A DNA stretch of 64,000 nucleotides, from positions 1 through 64,000 of IMG/VR virus record IMGVR_UViG_3300006092_000342. One strand, written 5' to 3'. Every line of letters starts with the position of its first letter. The stretch's first letter is position 1. This DNA is from a virus (lineage: Duplodnaviria; Caudoviricetes). Of this stretch, positions 1 to 8,006 are shown piece by piece. The position numbers were made by a program, and so were the translations under genes. Under the pieces are notes generated by a model, which searched no databases, was not told where the DNA came from, and saw nothing but the letters and a program-made list of their open reading frames with translations.

Positions 1-1
1 T

Positions 2-133
2 AGAACTCTAGACGAATTAAAAACTATTCTGGAACCTTTCTATAATTCAGAGGGATTTAATCCCAATGGTTTTGATCGAGAAGGTTTTGATTATTCTGGA
101 TATGATCGAGATGGAGTTCATAAACTTAGTTAA
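2..133 (+). CDS. 3' end of a gene truncated by the window edge, with G[FY][DN]xx repeats
   Basis: Frame 2 is open from the edge: RTLDELKTILEPFYNSEGFNPNGFDREGFDYSGYDRDGVHKLS*, TAA at 131-133; not in the ORF track. Confidence 0.6.
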   Translation, partial: RTLDELKTILEPFYNSEGFNPNGFDREGFDYSGYDRDGVHKLS

Positions 134-183
134 GATCCAGAAATCTAATTTGAGAAAAGTTAATATTGTAATTTTAAATAAGA

Positions 184-369
184 ATGCAAATAATAATAAA
201 AAAAGAAAAACAAAAAAAAGCAGCAAGAGCTATTACACTATTCCTTTTTAAAAAATGGAAAAACGATGGGAAATTAATTAATATTGAGTTTAAATCTCCT
301 TTAATATTTACTGCTCAAATCGTTTACAATGACAAAATTAGTTCATCACAAAAATTTATCTTATTATGA
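184..369 (+). CDS. Small basic hypothetical protein
   Basis: ATG after an A-rich leader; stop overlaps the next start (ATGA 366-369). Confidence 0.5.
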   Translation: MQIIIKKEKQKKAARAITLFLFKKWKNDGKLINIEFKSPLIFTAQIVYNDKISSSQKFILL

Positions 370-797
370 ATATCCGAAGTTTACCATTCCCTCATACTTT
401 CTTCTTAAGAAAAAAAGAATATTTTACCATAGGCAGCGTACCTACTGATGAAAAATGTACTCAAGCAGGTGGAGATAGAGAATTCCAACTTTTAGAATGT
501 AAAATTTATGCAAAACAATTTTTACGTGAATTTGGACCTTTACCTCCCTTTACTGATTTTTTCATATTAAAAAATGTACATGATGCAGGTATATATTATG
601 ACCTTGCTGTAGAATATCTCGATCCGGAACAATTTGATGAAGAAAATGAAACGGCAGATAAATCTCTAGCATATGCTTTGAAAGTAGAAGGAGGTTTAAG
701 TAATTGGGATGAAATTTCTTTGAAAGAATTACAAGAAAAGAAACATCCTTTGTATTTTACACCAGTTATTGTTACTAAATTTAAAGAAACAGCATGA
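366..797 (+). CDS. Conserved phage hypothetical protein
   Basis: Motifs GSVPTDEKCTQ...ECKIY..Q..R.FG...NVHDAGIYY...WD resemble a phage family of unknown function as I recall it; ATGA-coupled on both sides. Confidence 0.75.
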   Translation: MNIRSLPFPHTFFLRKKEYFTIGSVPTDEKCTQAGGDREFQLLECKIYAKQFLREFGPLPPFTDFFILKNVHDAGIYYDLAVEYLDPEQFDEENETADKSLAYALKVEGGLSNWDEISLKELQEKKHPLYFTPVIVTKFKETA

Positions 798-1843
798 TCA
801 ATGTAAAAACTTTATTACAAGCTTTTCGTAAGCTAGACATGATTCCCCAAAATAATATAATCCCCTACTTAGAGAAGGTTTTCTTTTTTACAAAGAATAA
901 TTACACGTATATTAGCTATACTAATCTACAGATTACTCTTACAATTAAATTGGAATATAATTTAGCAATTGAAGGTTGTTGTAGTTTAAAACCCTTAATT
1001 GCATTATTATCTAATTTTACCGAAGAAGAAGTTAAAATAAAAATAAACAAACAATCTTTAATTGTAGAAGGTAAATCAAGTGTGTATAAAACAGCATTCT
1101 CCGTAGAAGAAGATTACCCAAAACCTGCAAAATTAGCAGGAACTCCTATAACTCTTTTTACAAAAGAAATGCTGGAATCGATTTCTAAATTAGAACCATA
1201 TTTAGCCACTGATAAAAATCATCTGAGTAATCTGCATTTATTGCATTTTAATCTAAATGCAAATTCAGAAGTTGTTGCAACAAATGGATTTGTTCTAGGC
1301 ATTTACAAACCAAAACTTAATGTAAAAAAAGATTTCAAATTTAATTTGTCTAAGAATATTGTTTCTATTCTTAAGAAATTAAACGTAGATCTAAATTTAT
1401 ATTCGAATGGTTTTGGAGATAGAGATCATACAATTACTTTTCAGCAATTCGATGAAAAATTCGTAATTTATGAAGCCGTTTTGCCTAAAGAGTTACCTTC
1501 TAGTATTAGTGTTGATAGTAATGAATTAAGTAATTTACTGAAAATTGCAGCTGTATATACAGATCCTACCCCGAAAAATGATATAGTTTCTTTAATTCCA
1601 GAAGAAAATCAGCTTATCTTGAAAACATCTTGGGAAGAAAGAAATTACGAATCTGAAGCTGTTTTAAGCTGTACTAATTCTAATTTTCTATTTCCTGTTC
1701 ACTTCCGAATCAATTATATAAAATTGATTATCAAAACTTTAAATTTAGAAGAAGAATTTATTTTGAAAGGAATTGCCCCAAATAAGCCTTTTATAGCAGA
1801 AAATTCCGAATTTTACACATTAATAATGCCTTATTTAAATTAA
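794..1843 (+). CDS. dnaN: DNA polymerase III beta sliding clamp-like protein
   Basis: 349 aa; YTNLQI (cf. ATDLEI), EDYP, VATNGFVL (cf. VATDGHRL), C-terminal LIMP. Confidence 0.85.
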   Translation: MINVKTLLQAFRKLDMIPQNNIIPYLEKVFFFTKNNYTYISYTNLQITLTIKLEYNLAIEGCCSLKPLIALLSNFTEEEVKIKINKQSLIVEGKSSVYKTAFSVEEDYPKPAKLAGTPITLFTKEMLESISKLEPYLATDKNHLSNLHLLHFNLNANSEVVATNGFVLGIYKPKLNVKKDFKFNLSKNIVSILKKLNVDLNLYSNGFGDRDHTITFQQFDEKFVIYEAVLPKELPSSISVDSNELSNLLKIAAVYTDPTPKNDIVSLIPEENQLILKTSWEERNYESEAVLSCTNSNFLFPVHFRINYIKLIIKTLNLEEEFILKGIAPNKPFIAENSEFYTLIMPYLN

Positions 1844-1852
1844 TCCGAAATT

Positions 1853-2158
1853 ATGAATAATATCGCCTGGGGAGTTATCATAGGGTTTATATTAGCTCTT
1901 GCTTTGGCTAGTCAAGTTTATAGCTATAAAGCAAAAAAATGTGAAGAAAAAAATCGAAATTTAGAAAATCAGATTTTATTACTAGGACAAGCAAGTTCTA
2001 AACTATTAAAACAAGTTCATTCCCGGGATTCAGTTATGGAACCTTTAATTGCTAAATCAAAATATCTCAATGAAAAATACAATGCTAACATTGATACGAT
2101 TTATATTAATGATATGGATTCCCTTTTACGGGAATTCACAAGGGTTACAACTCGATAA
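1853..2158 (+). CDS. Membrane-anchored coiled-coil protein (i-spanin-like)
   Basis: N-terminal TM (IAWGVIIGFILALALA) followed by a helical/coiled-coil region; overlapped by the next gene in another frame. Confidence 0.6.
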   Translation: MNNIAWGVIIGFILALALASQVYSYKAKKCEEKNRNLENQILLLGQASSKLLKQVHSRDSVMEPLIAKSKYLNEKYNANIDTIYINDMDSLLREFTRVTTR

Positions 2159-2525
2159 TCCCATAGAAAATCAGGCAAAAGATTCTATTCGAATTCAACA
2201 AGATTCTTTAGGATTTTATTATAGAGTTCCATTTGCACAAGCACAAGTAGCTGTTTGGAAATCTCAACAATTTCCACTTTTTTTAGATTGCAAAAAAGAA
2301 TTAAGAGGGATAACTTCTCAATATTTAGAAGCACAACGTGTAATTGATAGCATTAACTATGGTATTAATAACTTAGTTGTAAATAATGATTATCTATCTT
2401 TATCTAATGCAACAAAAAGCAATGAAATTGAAATCCTACAAAACAAGTTAAGTCGATCTAAATTTTGGAGTAGAATCAAAGATGGTGTTAGTATTGCAAT
2501 TATCACCTGGCTTATCCTGAAGTAA
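2070..2525 (+). CDS. Secreted protein with C-terminal TM segment (possible spanin partner)
   Basis: ATG at 2070 gives MKNTMLTLIRFILMIWIPFYGNS-Q, a Bacteroidota-type signal peptide followed by Gln; coiled coil; C-terminal GVSIAIITWLILK. Confidence 0.6.
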   Translation: MKNTMLTLIRFILMIWIPFYGNSQGLQLDNPIENQAKDSIRIQQDSLGFYYRVPFAQAQVAVWKSQQFPLFLDCKKELRGITSQYLEAQRVIDSINYGINNLVVNNDYLSLSNATKSNEIEILQNKLSRSKFWSRIKDGVSIAIITWLILK

Positions 2526-2543
2526 TCTTACGCCGAAGTATTA

Positions 2544-2575
2544 AGGTTTAGATTTTTTAATTAAAATTTAAACCT
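2544..2575 (+). promoter_or_regulatory. 13-bp AT-rich hairpin covering the translation start region of the 2577 gene
   Basis: AGGTTTAGATTTT-TTAATT-AAAATTTAAACCT with one G:U pair; ends 1 nt before ATG 2577. Confidence 0.4.
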
Positions 2576-2576
2576 A

Positions 2577-2894
2577 ATGAATACGAAAACAAAAATGCTT
2601 ACTCTCGAAGATTCTTTATGGCAAAGAATCAAAAATGAACTTGGAATTAAAATTCCACAGGACACTTTTAAGTACAGTAGTACTAACCCTGTATCTGTTG
2701 TAAAAGCAGTAGTAAATGCTAAAAACCATAAATGGCTGGAAGTATGTTGTAGAGAAATTCTTAAGACCTATAAATTAGGTGTTGTAGAAAACGAAGGATC
2801 TATTTCCTTAGCCTTTATAGAAGAAGTTACTGATGAAGAACAAGAACAGGGCATTCAATTTTTAAAAAATATAAAACCTTTCATTCATGACTAA
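2577..2894 (+). CDS. Hypothetical protein
   Basis: 105-aa ORF overlapping the next gene by 8 nt. Confidence 0.7.
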   Translation: MNTKTKMLTLEDSLWQRIKNELGIKIPQDTFKYSSTNPVSVVKAVVNAKNHKWLEVCCREILKTYKLGVVENEGSISLAFIEEVTDEEQEQGIQFLKNIKPFIHD

Positions 2895-3429
2895 TGATTT
2901 AATAAGATCGAATTTTCCGGATCAGGTAGATTCAGGGAGACCTTTTATTGTTGGAATAACTACAAAGGATGGTAATCGCTATTCTTTACGTATCTGCCAA
3001 CAAATCACTCCAAAAGCTGATATAGAACTCAATGGAGCTAAACCTAACTTAAAAACAGGTTTTCACCACGGAGTTCCAAAGGCAAAAGTTGAGAAAGAAG
3101 GATATGCACCCGGTATTATTTTGGCTGAAGGTTTCAACCTTAGCGTAGTTCACCAATTTACACCACAATATGCTTCTCAGCAGCCGAGAAAAGATGCAGA
3201 AGGAAATAATCTCACTGTCAATGGTATGCCTTACTATGAGCACGTAAAGCTCATATATGGCCTTCCTAAAATTGAGTTATGGACTTCAGACCAATATAAA
3301 GAGAGATCTTCATTGGAAAATTCTTTTGCAGCGGACCTTACGGATGATCAAAAAAGTAGTTTCTATGCAAACAGTACCACTATGGAAGAAGTTGGCTTAG
3401 ATACGAATTTTGATGATCTACCGTTTTAA
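2887..3429 (+). CDS. Putative single-stranded DNA-binding protein
   Basis: Beta-rich N-terminal part and an acidic tail ending FDDLPF, the SSB C-terminal motif. Confidence 0.55.
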   Translation: MTNDLIRSNFPDQVDSGRPFIVGITTKDGNRYSLRICQQITPKADIELNGAKPNLKTGFHHGVPKAKVEKEGYAPGIILAEGFNLSVVHQFTPQYASQQPRKDAEGNNLTVNGMPYYEHVKLIYGLPKIELWTSDQYKERSSLENSFAADLTDDQKSSFYANSTTMEEVGLDTNFDDLPF

Positions 3430-3905
3430 CACTTCTCTTGGTTATGTAATCTGAGGAGATGGAGCAATCTGGGATCAGGCACACTTGATAGCATTGCATG
3501 TTTTATACATGCATAGCTATCAATGTCGTTGAAGTCCCAGATTTTTTGAAATAATTGCCTAATATTATGAACAGGCAACTCGTTTAAGTTTTGTCCTCCT
3601 TGAACGCTTACTATAAATATTTTTTTTCCGTTAAATATATCCTGGACTTCCTGACGCGATAATTGAAATAACCAGTTTAAAAAGACAGGAGGCGGGAAAT
3701 TGTAGTAACTACTAATTACGAACACATAAAAATCATGAAGGGTCCAATCAACACCTAAACCCGGACTCCCTTGTAAATATTGAGGAGTAATTTGCTTATA
3801 ATTTTCTAATGTAAGCAATTCAGCTTTTGGGAATTCCTGAAGTAAATAATTACTGACATCGGATGCCAAACTGCTTTCTCTGATTGTACCTTGTATGATT
3901 AACAT
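3426..3905 (-). CDS. NAD(P)H-dependent FMN reductase (flavodoxin-like fold)
   Basis: IIQGTIRESS (cf. IxGSxRxxS), FVISSYYNFPPPVFLNWL (cf. TPEYNxSxPxxLKNxxD), FNGKKIFIVSVQGG. Confidence 0.75.
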   Translation of the reverse strand: MLIIQGTIRESSLASDVSNYLLQEFPKAELLTLENYKQITPQYLQGSPGLGVDWTLHDFYVFVISSYYNFPPPVFLNWLFQLSRQEVQDIFNGKKIFIVSVQGGQNLNELPVHNIRQLFQKIWDFNDIDSYACIKHAMLSSVPDPRLLHLLRLHNQEKC

Positions 3906-4063
3906 TATTCAAAATATTCACTTTCTAATTTAAAACTTCCCCCATTACAAGTACACCACTTGTAATTTTTAACATAAGGTTTACCCTCCCTTAAATATTT
4001 CATGATTTTCCAGCGAACACCTTGTCGGGTTTCTTCATGACTACTTATAAAAGTATCTTTCAT
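3905..4063 (-). CDS. 52-aa hypothetical protein with a CxC motif (below the ORF-track cutoff)
   Basis: MKDTFISSHEETRQGVRWKIMKYLREGKPYVKNYKWCTCNGGSFKLESEYFE*; starts 2 nt after the AlkB stop; TAATG overlap with the FMN reductase start. Confidence 0.7.
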   Translation of the reverse strand: MKDTFISSHEETRQGVRWKIMKYLREGKPYVKNYKWCTCNGGSFKLESEYFE

Positions 4064-4065
4064 TT

Positions 4066-4545
4066 TTAGGAAACTTTTTTATTATAATATGATCGAAAAA
4101 CAATTGAGATTCTTTTTGCACTTGCTATTAAATAATGTTCGTATTTATACCGTAAATCATCTTTCATAAGAAATAAAGATCTTTGGGGCAACAATATAGG
4201 AATAACATCGTTTTTATCATGAACATTTCTGAACCACATCGTTTCTGAACTAATAATACTCAAAATTCTAATTTCATTATCTGCTCGTAGTGTATCTACA
4301 TGAGGATTCATTTTTTGTCCAGGATGATACTGATTTACGGTAATAGTATGAAAATCAAAAAACTGTCTGAAATACTCTAAATAATCTGGAATTATAGGAT
4401 CATATTCACTAAATTCATGTACTCCGGGATTTCCATAACGTTTGATATGATTTCGAGTATTTATATCAGGATTATAAGGCTCAAATTTAATTTTATCAAT
4501 TAAATTAAGCTCAATTTCTTCCGATATAAAATTAAGGATTAACAT
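4066..4545 (-). CDS. AlkB-family 2OG-Fe(II) dioxygenase
   Basis: VNQYHPGQKMNPHVD (NxY...HxD), LPQRSLFLM, RYKYEH, RISIVFR; ATG 4545 in a TGATG overlap. Confidence 0.85.
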   Translation of the reverse strand: MLILNFISEEIELNLIDKIKFEPYNPDINTRNHIKRYGNPGVHEFSEYDPIIPDYLEYFRQFFDFHTITVNQYHPGQKMNPHVDTLRADNEIRILSIISSETMWFRNVHDKNDVIPILLPQRSLFLMKDDLRYKYEHYLIASAKRISIVFRSYYNKKVS

Positions 4546-4880
4546 CAACTCAAATAATTATTTACTCTGCTTATGTTTTCAATGGTCCATTGATCTTGGT
4601 CATGAAAATATAAATAAATTGTAGCATCTGCCACAAAGACCTCTGCTTTTTCTCCAGGACAGACATCTAATGGGAGTCTATCCCCAAAATTAAGTTCGGC
4701 ATATACAGCTGCTAAATCATATTGAATTCCATCAAAAAATTGATCAATAAACTTATCTCTCAAAGAAATCCTATAAGGATTCATCTTGCATTCGCAATTA
4801 CAAATAGGTTTCTCTTCTAAAACTTTGACTCTACTATCTAAGTTTTTAATTAAGGCAAGTAATTCGGGAAATGTTGGCAT
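4545..4880 (-). CDS. Small structural or fibre-associated protein
   Basis: N-terminal coiled coil followed by CNCEC; lies in the fibre operon. Confidence 0.65.
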   Translation of the reverse strand: MPTFPELLALIKNLDSRVKVLEEKPICNCECKMNPYRISLRDKFIDQFFDGIQYDLAAVYAELNFGDRLPLDVCPGEKAEVFVADATIYLYFHDQDQWTIENISRVNNYLS

Positions 4881-4882
4881 AG

Positions 4883-6853
4883 TTATATAGTTTTTTTAAC
4901 AATTATTTCAAAATGAATCATATTAGGAGTAAACATGACCCCTCCATTGGCAATAAAATTAATTTTTATTAATCTCTCGCCTCCCCCAGCAACTACAAAA
5001 TTATTTAAAATATTCCGTTGAACATTTGTGGAAGCAAGAAGTGTTGCATCACCAGTAACAGCATCTAAGCCAGATTCTAAATCTTCTACATCAATGCCAA
5101 CCGTAATGTAAGATGGAGTAGCTATATTTAAAACTCCACCATGACTTGTAGTTACTTCCGAAATATACCAATAGAATGGACAATAAATAGCAGGAATATT
5201 AAACTCTAAATCAACTCCAGAATTAACCATGGTTATTGGAACATAGTATTTTATTTCTGTACTGGTGTATATAGTATTTTTTTCGTCATGGGATAAATCT
5301 ACCCATGTAATTTGGGAAGAATCTGCTTTGATATAAATCTTATTACAGTATTCTAAATTACAAGAACAATAGGTAAGATTATTAAAACTAGAATATGATA
5401 ATGAAGAACCTATCCAAGTTCCTGCCATGTAACATTCATTATCCCAACTACTTGAATAAAAATTACTAAAAGTTGAATTTATGTCAGTCCAATAACTTTT
5501 ATTGTTTAAAGAGCAATTTCTTATTTCTGAAAACTCATCTAGAAATATAGTACCCTCACCCTTTTGAATATAGCTACCATTTGTTAATGATATTTGATAT
5601 AAACTGGAATTTCCTTTAATTACTATACTATCAAACCAAGACTCATTATCTAAACTTAAACTTTGCAAATCAGCGCCATCATAAAATTCAGTCTTTATAA
5701 AAAAAGAGCTATTATGAAGATGTAAATTTCGCAAGGAACATGCATACCCAAAATAAGGCAAGTTAATTACAGAATAATTTTTAAGCTCTATTCCTAATGC
5801 AAGCTGCCCCTTGAAATTTATAAACTCCGCATAACTATCATCTATTTGTAAAAGTCCTACTCCAAAACCTGTGTCTTCGTTGAAATTATTTCCCCATTGC
5901 ATGGCAGAAATTCCATGTATTTCTACATTAAAGTTTCCTGAATAAGCAGTCCAATCATTTTCACTACTATTCCAATAGCTATAAGGAAAAAATACGGCAA
6001 TAGTACCAGAACTTCTTCTGCTAATCCAATCATTAGCAATGTCATATTCTATTTCATCTATGACTTTATTATAACCTTCATAAGTATAAGGTAATTTAGT
6101 CCAATCTTCAGGATTTAAAGTAAGACAATCCGAGGCAGTTCCTAAGTTACCTGTGGTATTTTGCCAATAGTACCCTCCCCATATTGCAACATCTCCTACT
6201 TGAAAACTATTCCTGTTTCCAATAACGGGGTTATCTCCATCCCAAATTCCATATAAATTTTTACCTTGGGTTAACCAAAAAGTAACAGGGTCTCCTCCGT
6301 TTTCAATAGTCAACACATCACCTGCAACATATCCGGCTCCAGGATCATCTATGGTAATACTAACAACTTGTCCATCTACATTAGCTACAATGTTGACAGT
6401 TAAACCAATTCCAGAACCTCCATCTGCTGGAAAATTTACAATTGTAGTAAACAGAGTTCCTCTACCAAGGTCTTCATTTATGACAGCTCCTAAAGGACCT
6501 AATTCTCCGTATTCAGTAGAATCATATATAGGGTTATAGAACTCTCCAAATCCTTTTGGTGAAAATTTATTAGTAGCAATTGCTTTTAAGTAAATTGTAG
6601 TACCAGAATTAGTGCCATCATCATATAAAATTTCAAACGCAGGTAATAGCTTATTTTTATGTACCCCTGAAATTTTGTACAAACTATTAGGGACCAGACT
6701 TGCGCTTTCAACTAAAGCCAAAGCTTCTGTTAATGTTATTTCTTCATAACAACAGTTAGAACTGCCACTATTACCACAACAACACTTACGTTTTAATTTG
6801 CGAAGTTGTTTTGAAATTTGTTTTTCTGTTAAATTCATTACATCCGGTCCCAT
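4883..6853 (-). CDS. Putative tail fibre/spike protein with a beta-helix-like region
   Basis: N-terminal coil + CCC; ITIDDPGAGYVAGDVLTI fibre-type motif; repeated Lx(N/D)xS beta-solenoid pattern. Confidence 0.65.
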   Translation of the reverse strand: MGPDVMNLTEKQISKQLRKLKRKCCCGNSGSSNCCYEEITLTEALALVESASLVPNSLYKISGVHKNKLLPAFEILYDDGTNSGTTIYLKAIATNKFSPKGFGEFYNPIYDSTEYGELGPLGAVINEDLGRGTLFTTIVNFPADGGSGIGLTVNIVANVDGQVVSITIDDPGAGYVAGDVLTIENGGDPVTFWLTQGKNLYGIWDGDNPVIGNRNSFQVGDVAIWGGYYWQNTTGNLGTASDCLTLNPEDWTKLPYTYEGYNKVIDEIEYDIANDWISRRSSGTIAVFFPYSYWNSSENDWTAYSGNFNVEIHGISAMQWGNNFNEDTGFGVGLLQIDDSYAEFINFKGQLALGIELKNYSVINLPYFGYACSLRNLHLHNSSFFIKTEFYDGADLQSLSLDNESWFDSIVIKGNSSLYQISLTNGSYIQKGEGTIFLDEFSEIRNCSLNNKSYWTDINSTFSNFYSSSWDNECYMAGTWIGSSLSYSSFNNLTYCSCNLEYCNKIYIKADSSQITWVDLSHDEKNTIYTSTEIKYYVPITMVNSGVDLEFNIPAIYCPFYWYISEVTTSHGGVLNIATPSYITVGIDVEDLESGLDAVTGDATLLASTNVQRNILNNFVVAGGGERLIKINFIANGGVMFTPNMIHFEIIVKKTI

Positions 6854-6878
6854 AATAATACTTTTAAAATTTTAACAT

Positions 6879-7271
6879 TTAATTTCCAGTTCCGCAAGAT
6901 TTACAAGGCCCTAGAAATCCTCCATTATTTATGTGTGTTCTGACTGCACTATAATAAGTACACACATTTTGAAAGCCTCCTGAAGGTGTTTTCATACAAA
7001 CCCTCACTTTTTGAAGAGAAGGAGTTCCACACTTCCATGGAGAATAAACTTGAGGATAAGGAGGAGGATCTATACAATCAGGATCTCCATCACCATCATA
7101 GTCTTGAGTATCATCTCCTCCCGGACATTTATCTACAGAATCAGGAATGCCATCGCAATCAGAGTCCGGGTCTACAATAGATACAACAGATTTTTTTTCC
7201 GGAATACTCTCGGAAAAGGTAGTACATTTCATGTACACAATAAAAGAAAGTAAAAATAGAATAAGTTTCAT
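6879..7271 (-). CDS. Secreted protein or lipoprotein with thrombospondin type-3 Ca-binding repeats
   Basis: Signal MKLILFLLSFIVYMKC; DSDCDGIPDSVDKCP and DYDGDGDPDCID; KVRVC...C...AV..H...G.FLGPC module. Confidence 0.75.
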   Translation of the reverse strand: MKLILFLLSFIVYMKCTTFSESIPEKKSVVSIVDPDSDCDGIPDSVDKCPGGDDTQDYDGDGDPDCIDPPPYPQVYSPWKCGTPSLQKVRVCMKTPSGGFQNVCTYYSAVRTHINNGGFLGPCKSCGTGN

Positions 7272-7289
7272 ATGGGTTAAATTTAAGTG

Positions 7290-8006
7290 TTAACGAAGAT
7301 AAGGAATTACTCCAAATCCATTAATAGTATCTTTTAAAGTTGTTGCAATTTCTCTTACTTCAATCCAAGCAATTGCACCATCTGTAGTTCCTGACCAACT
7401 TATATTGTAAGTTTGAGTACCTGTTCCTGTAGTAACTTTTGTTTGCGTACTTATCTGCATTGCAGATGAAGCCGATCCAACACCAGTACTTTGCGCAGTA
7501 CTCCAATTACCCTTACTTGTATCAGAATCTGTAGTTATAGTAGTTACACTTTCAACGGAACTGCTACCTATAACAATATTCCCACTTGTAATAGAAGAAG
7601 TTGTAGCTGTTAAAAATGTAGTACTAAATGCTGCACCTGCAGCCCCTGTAACATACGTAGGATTGTTACCAACTATTTCCCATAGAGCAGCACATTTAGC
7701 TACTACGTTTGTAGTCCAAGAAATTGTTATAGTCGTTCCAGTGGTTATTGTCCCCCCATCCATGGAAGTAGTAGCAATAAGAACATCAGCTCTTACTCCA
7801 GGAGACCCCCCAACTAAAGCAGATTGTCTTATAGTCCAAGTATTGCCATTTGTATCAGATACTGAAAAAGAAGATCCTCCACTATCAATAGCAATACAAA
7901 GAACAGCCATGGAACCAGCAGCTAAATTAGATGCAGGAACAAACGTAAAGCCATTGCTTGACGAATTATGAGTACCTGTTCCTCTTGCTGTTGCAGATAA
8001 AGCCAT
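7290..8006 (-). CDS. Thr/Ser/Gly-rich beta-sandwich virion (fibre-tip-like) protein
   Basis: Small-residue, beta-rich composition; SDTNGNTWT motif; TAATG-coupled to the 825-aa fibre gene. Confidence 0.6.
   Translation of the reverse strand: MALSATARGTGTHNSSSNGFTFVPASNLAAGSMAVLCIAIDSGGSSFSVSDTNGNTWTIRQSALVGGSPGVRADVLIATTSMDGGTITTGTTITISWTTNVVAKCAALWEIVGNNPTYVTGAAGAAFSTTFLTATTSSITSGNIVIGSSSVESVTTITTDSDTSKGNWSTAQSTGVGSASSAMQISTQTKVTTGTGTQTYNISWSGTTDGAIAWIEVREIATTLKDTINGFGVIPYLR

Noticed and set aside
66-251. 61-aa ORF from the track
   Set aside because: Overlaps a better frame-2 gene end (2-133) and the coupled 184-369 ORF
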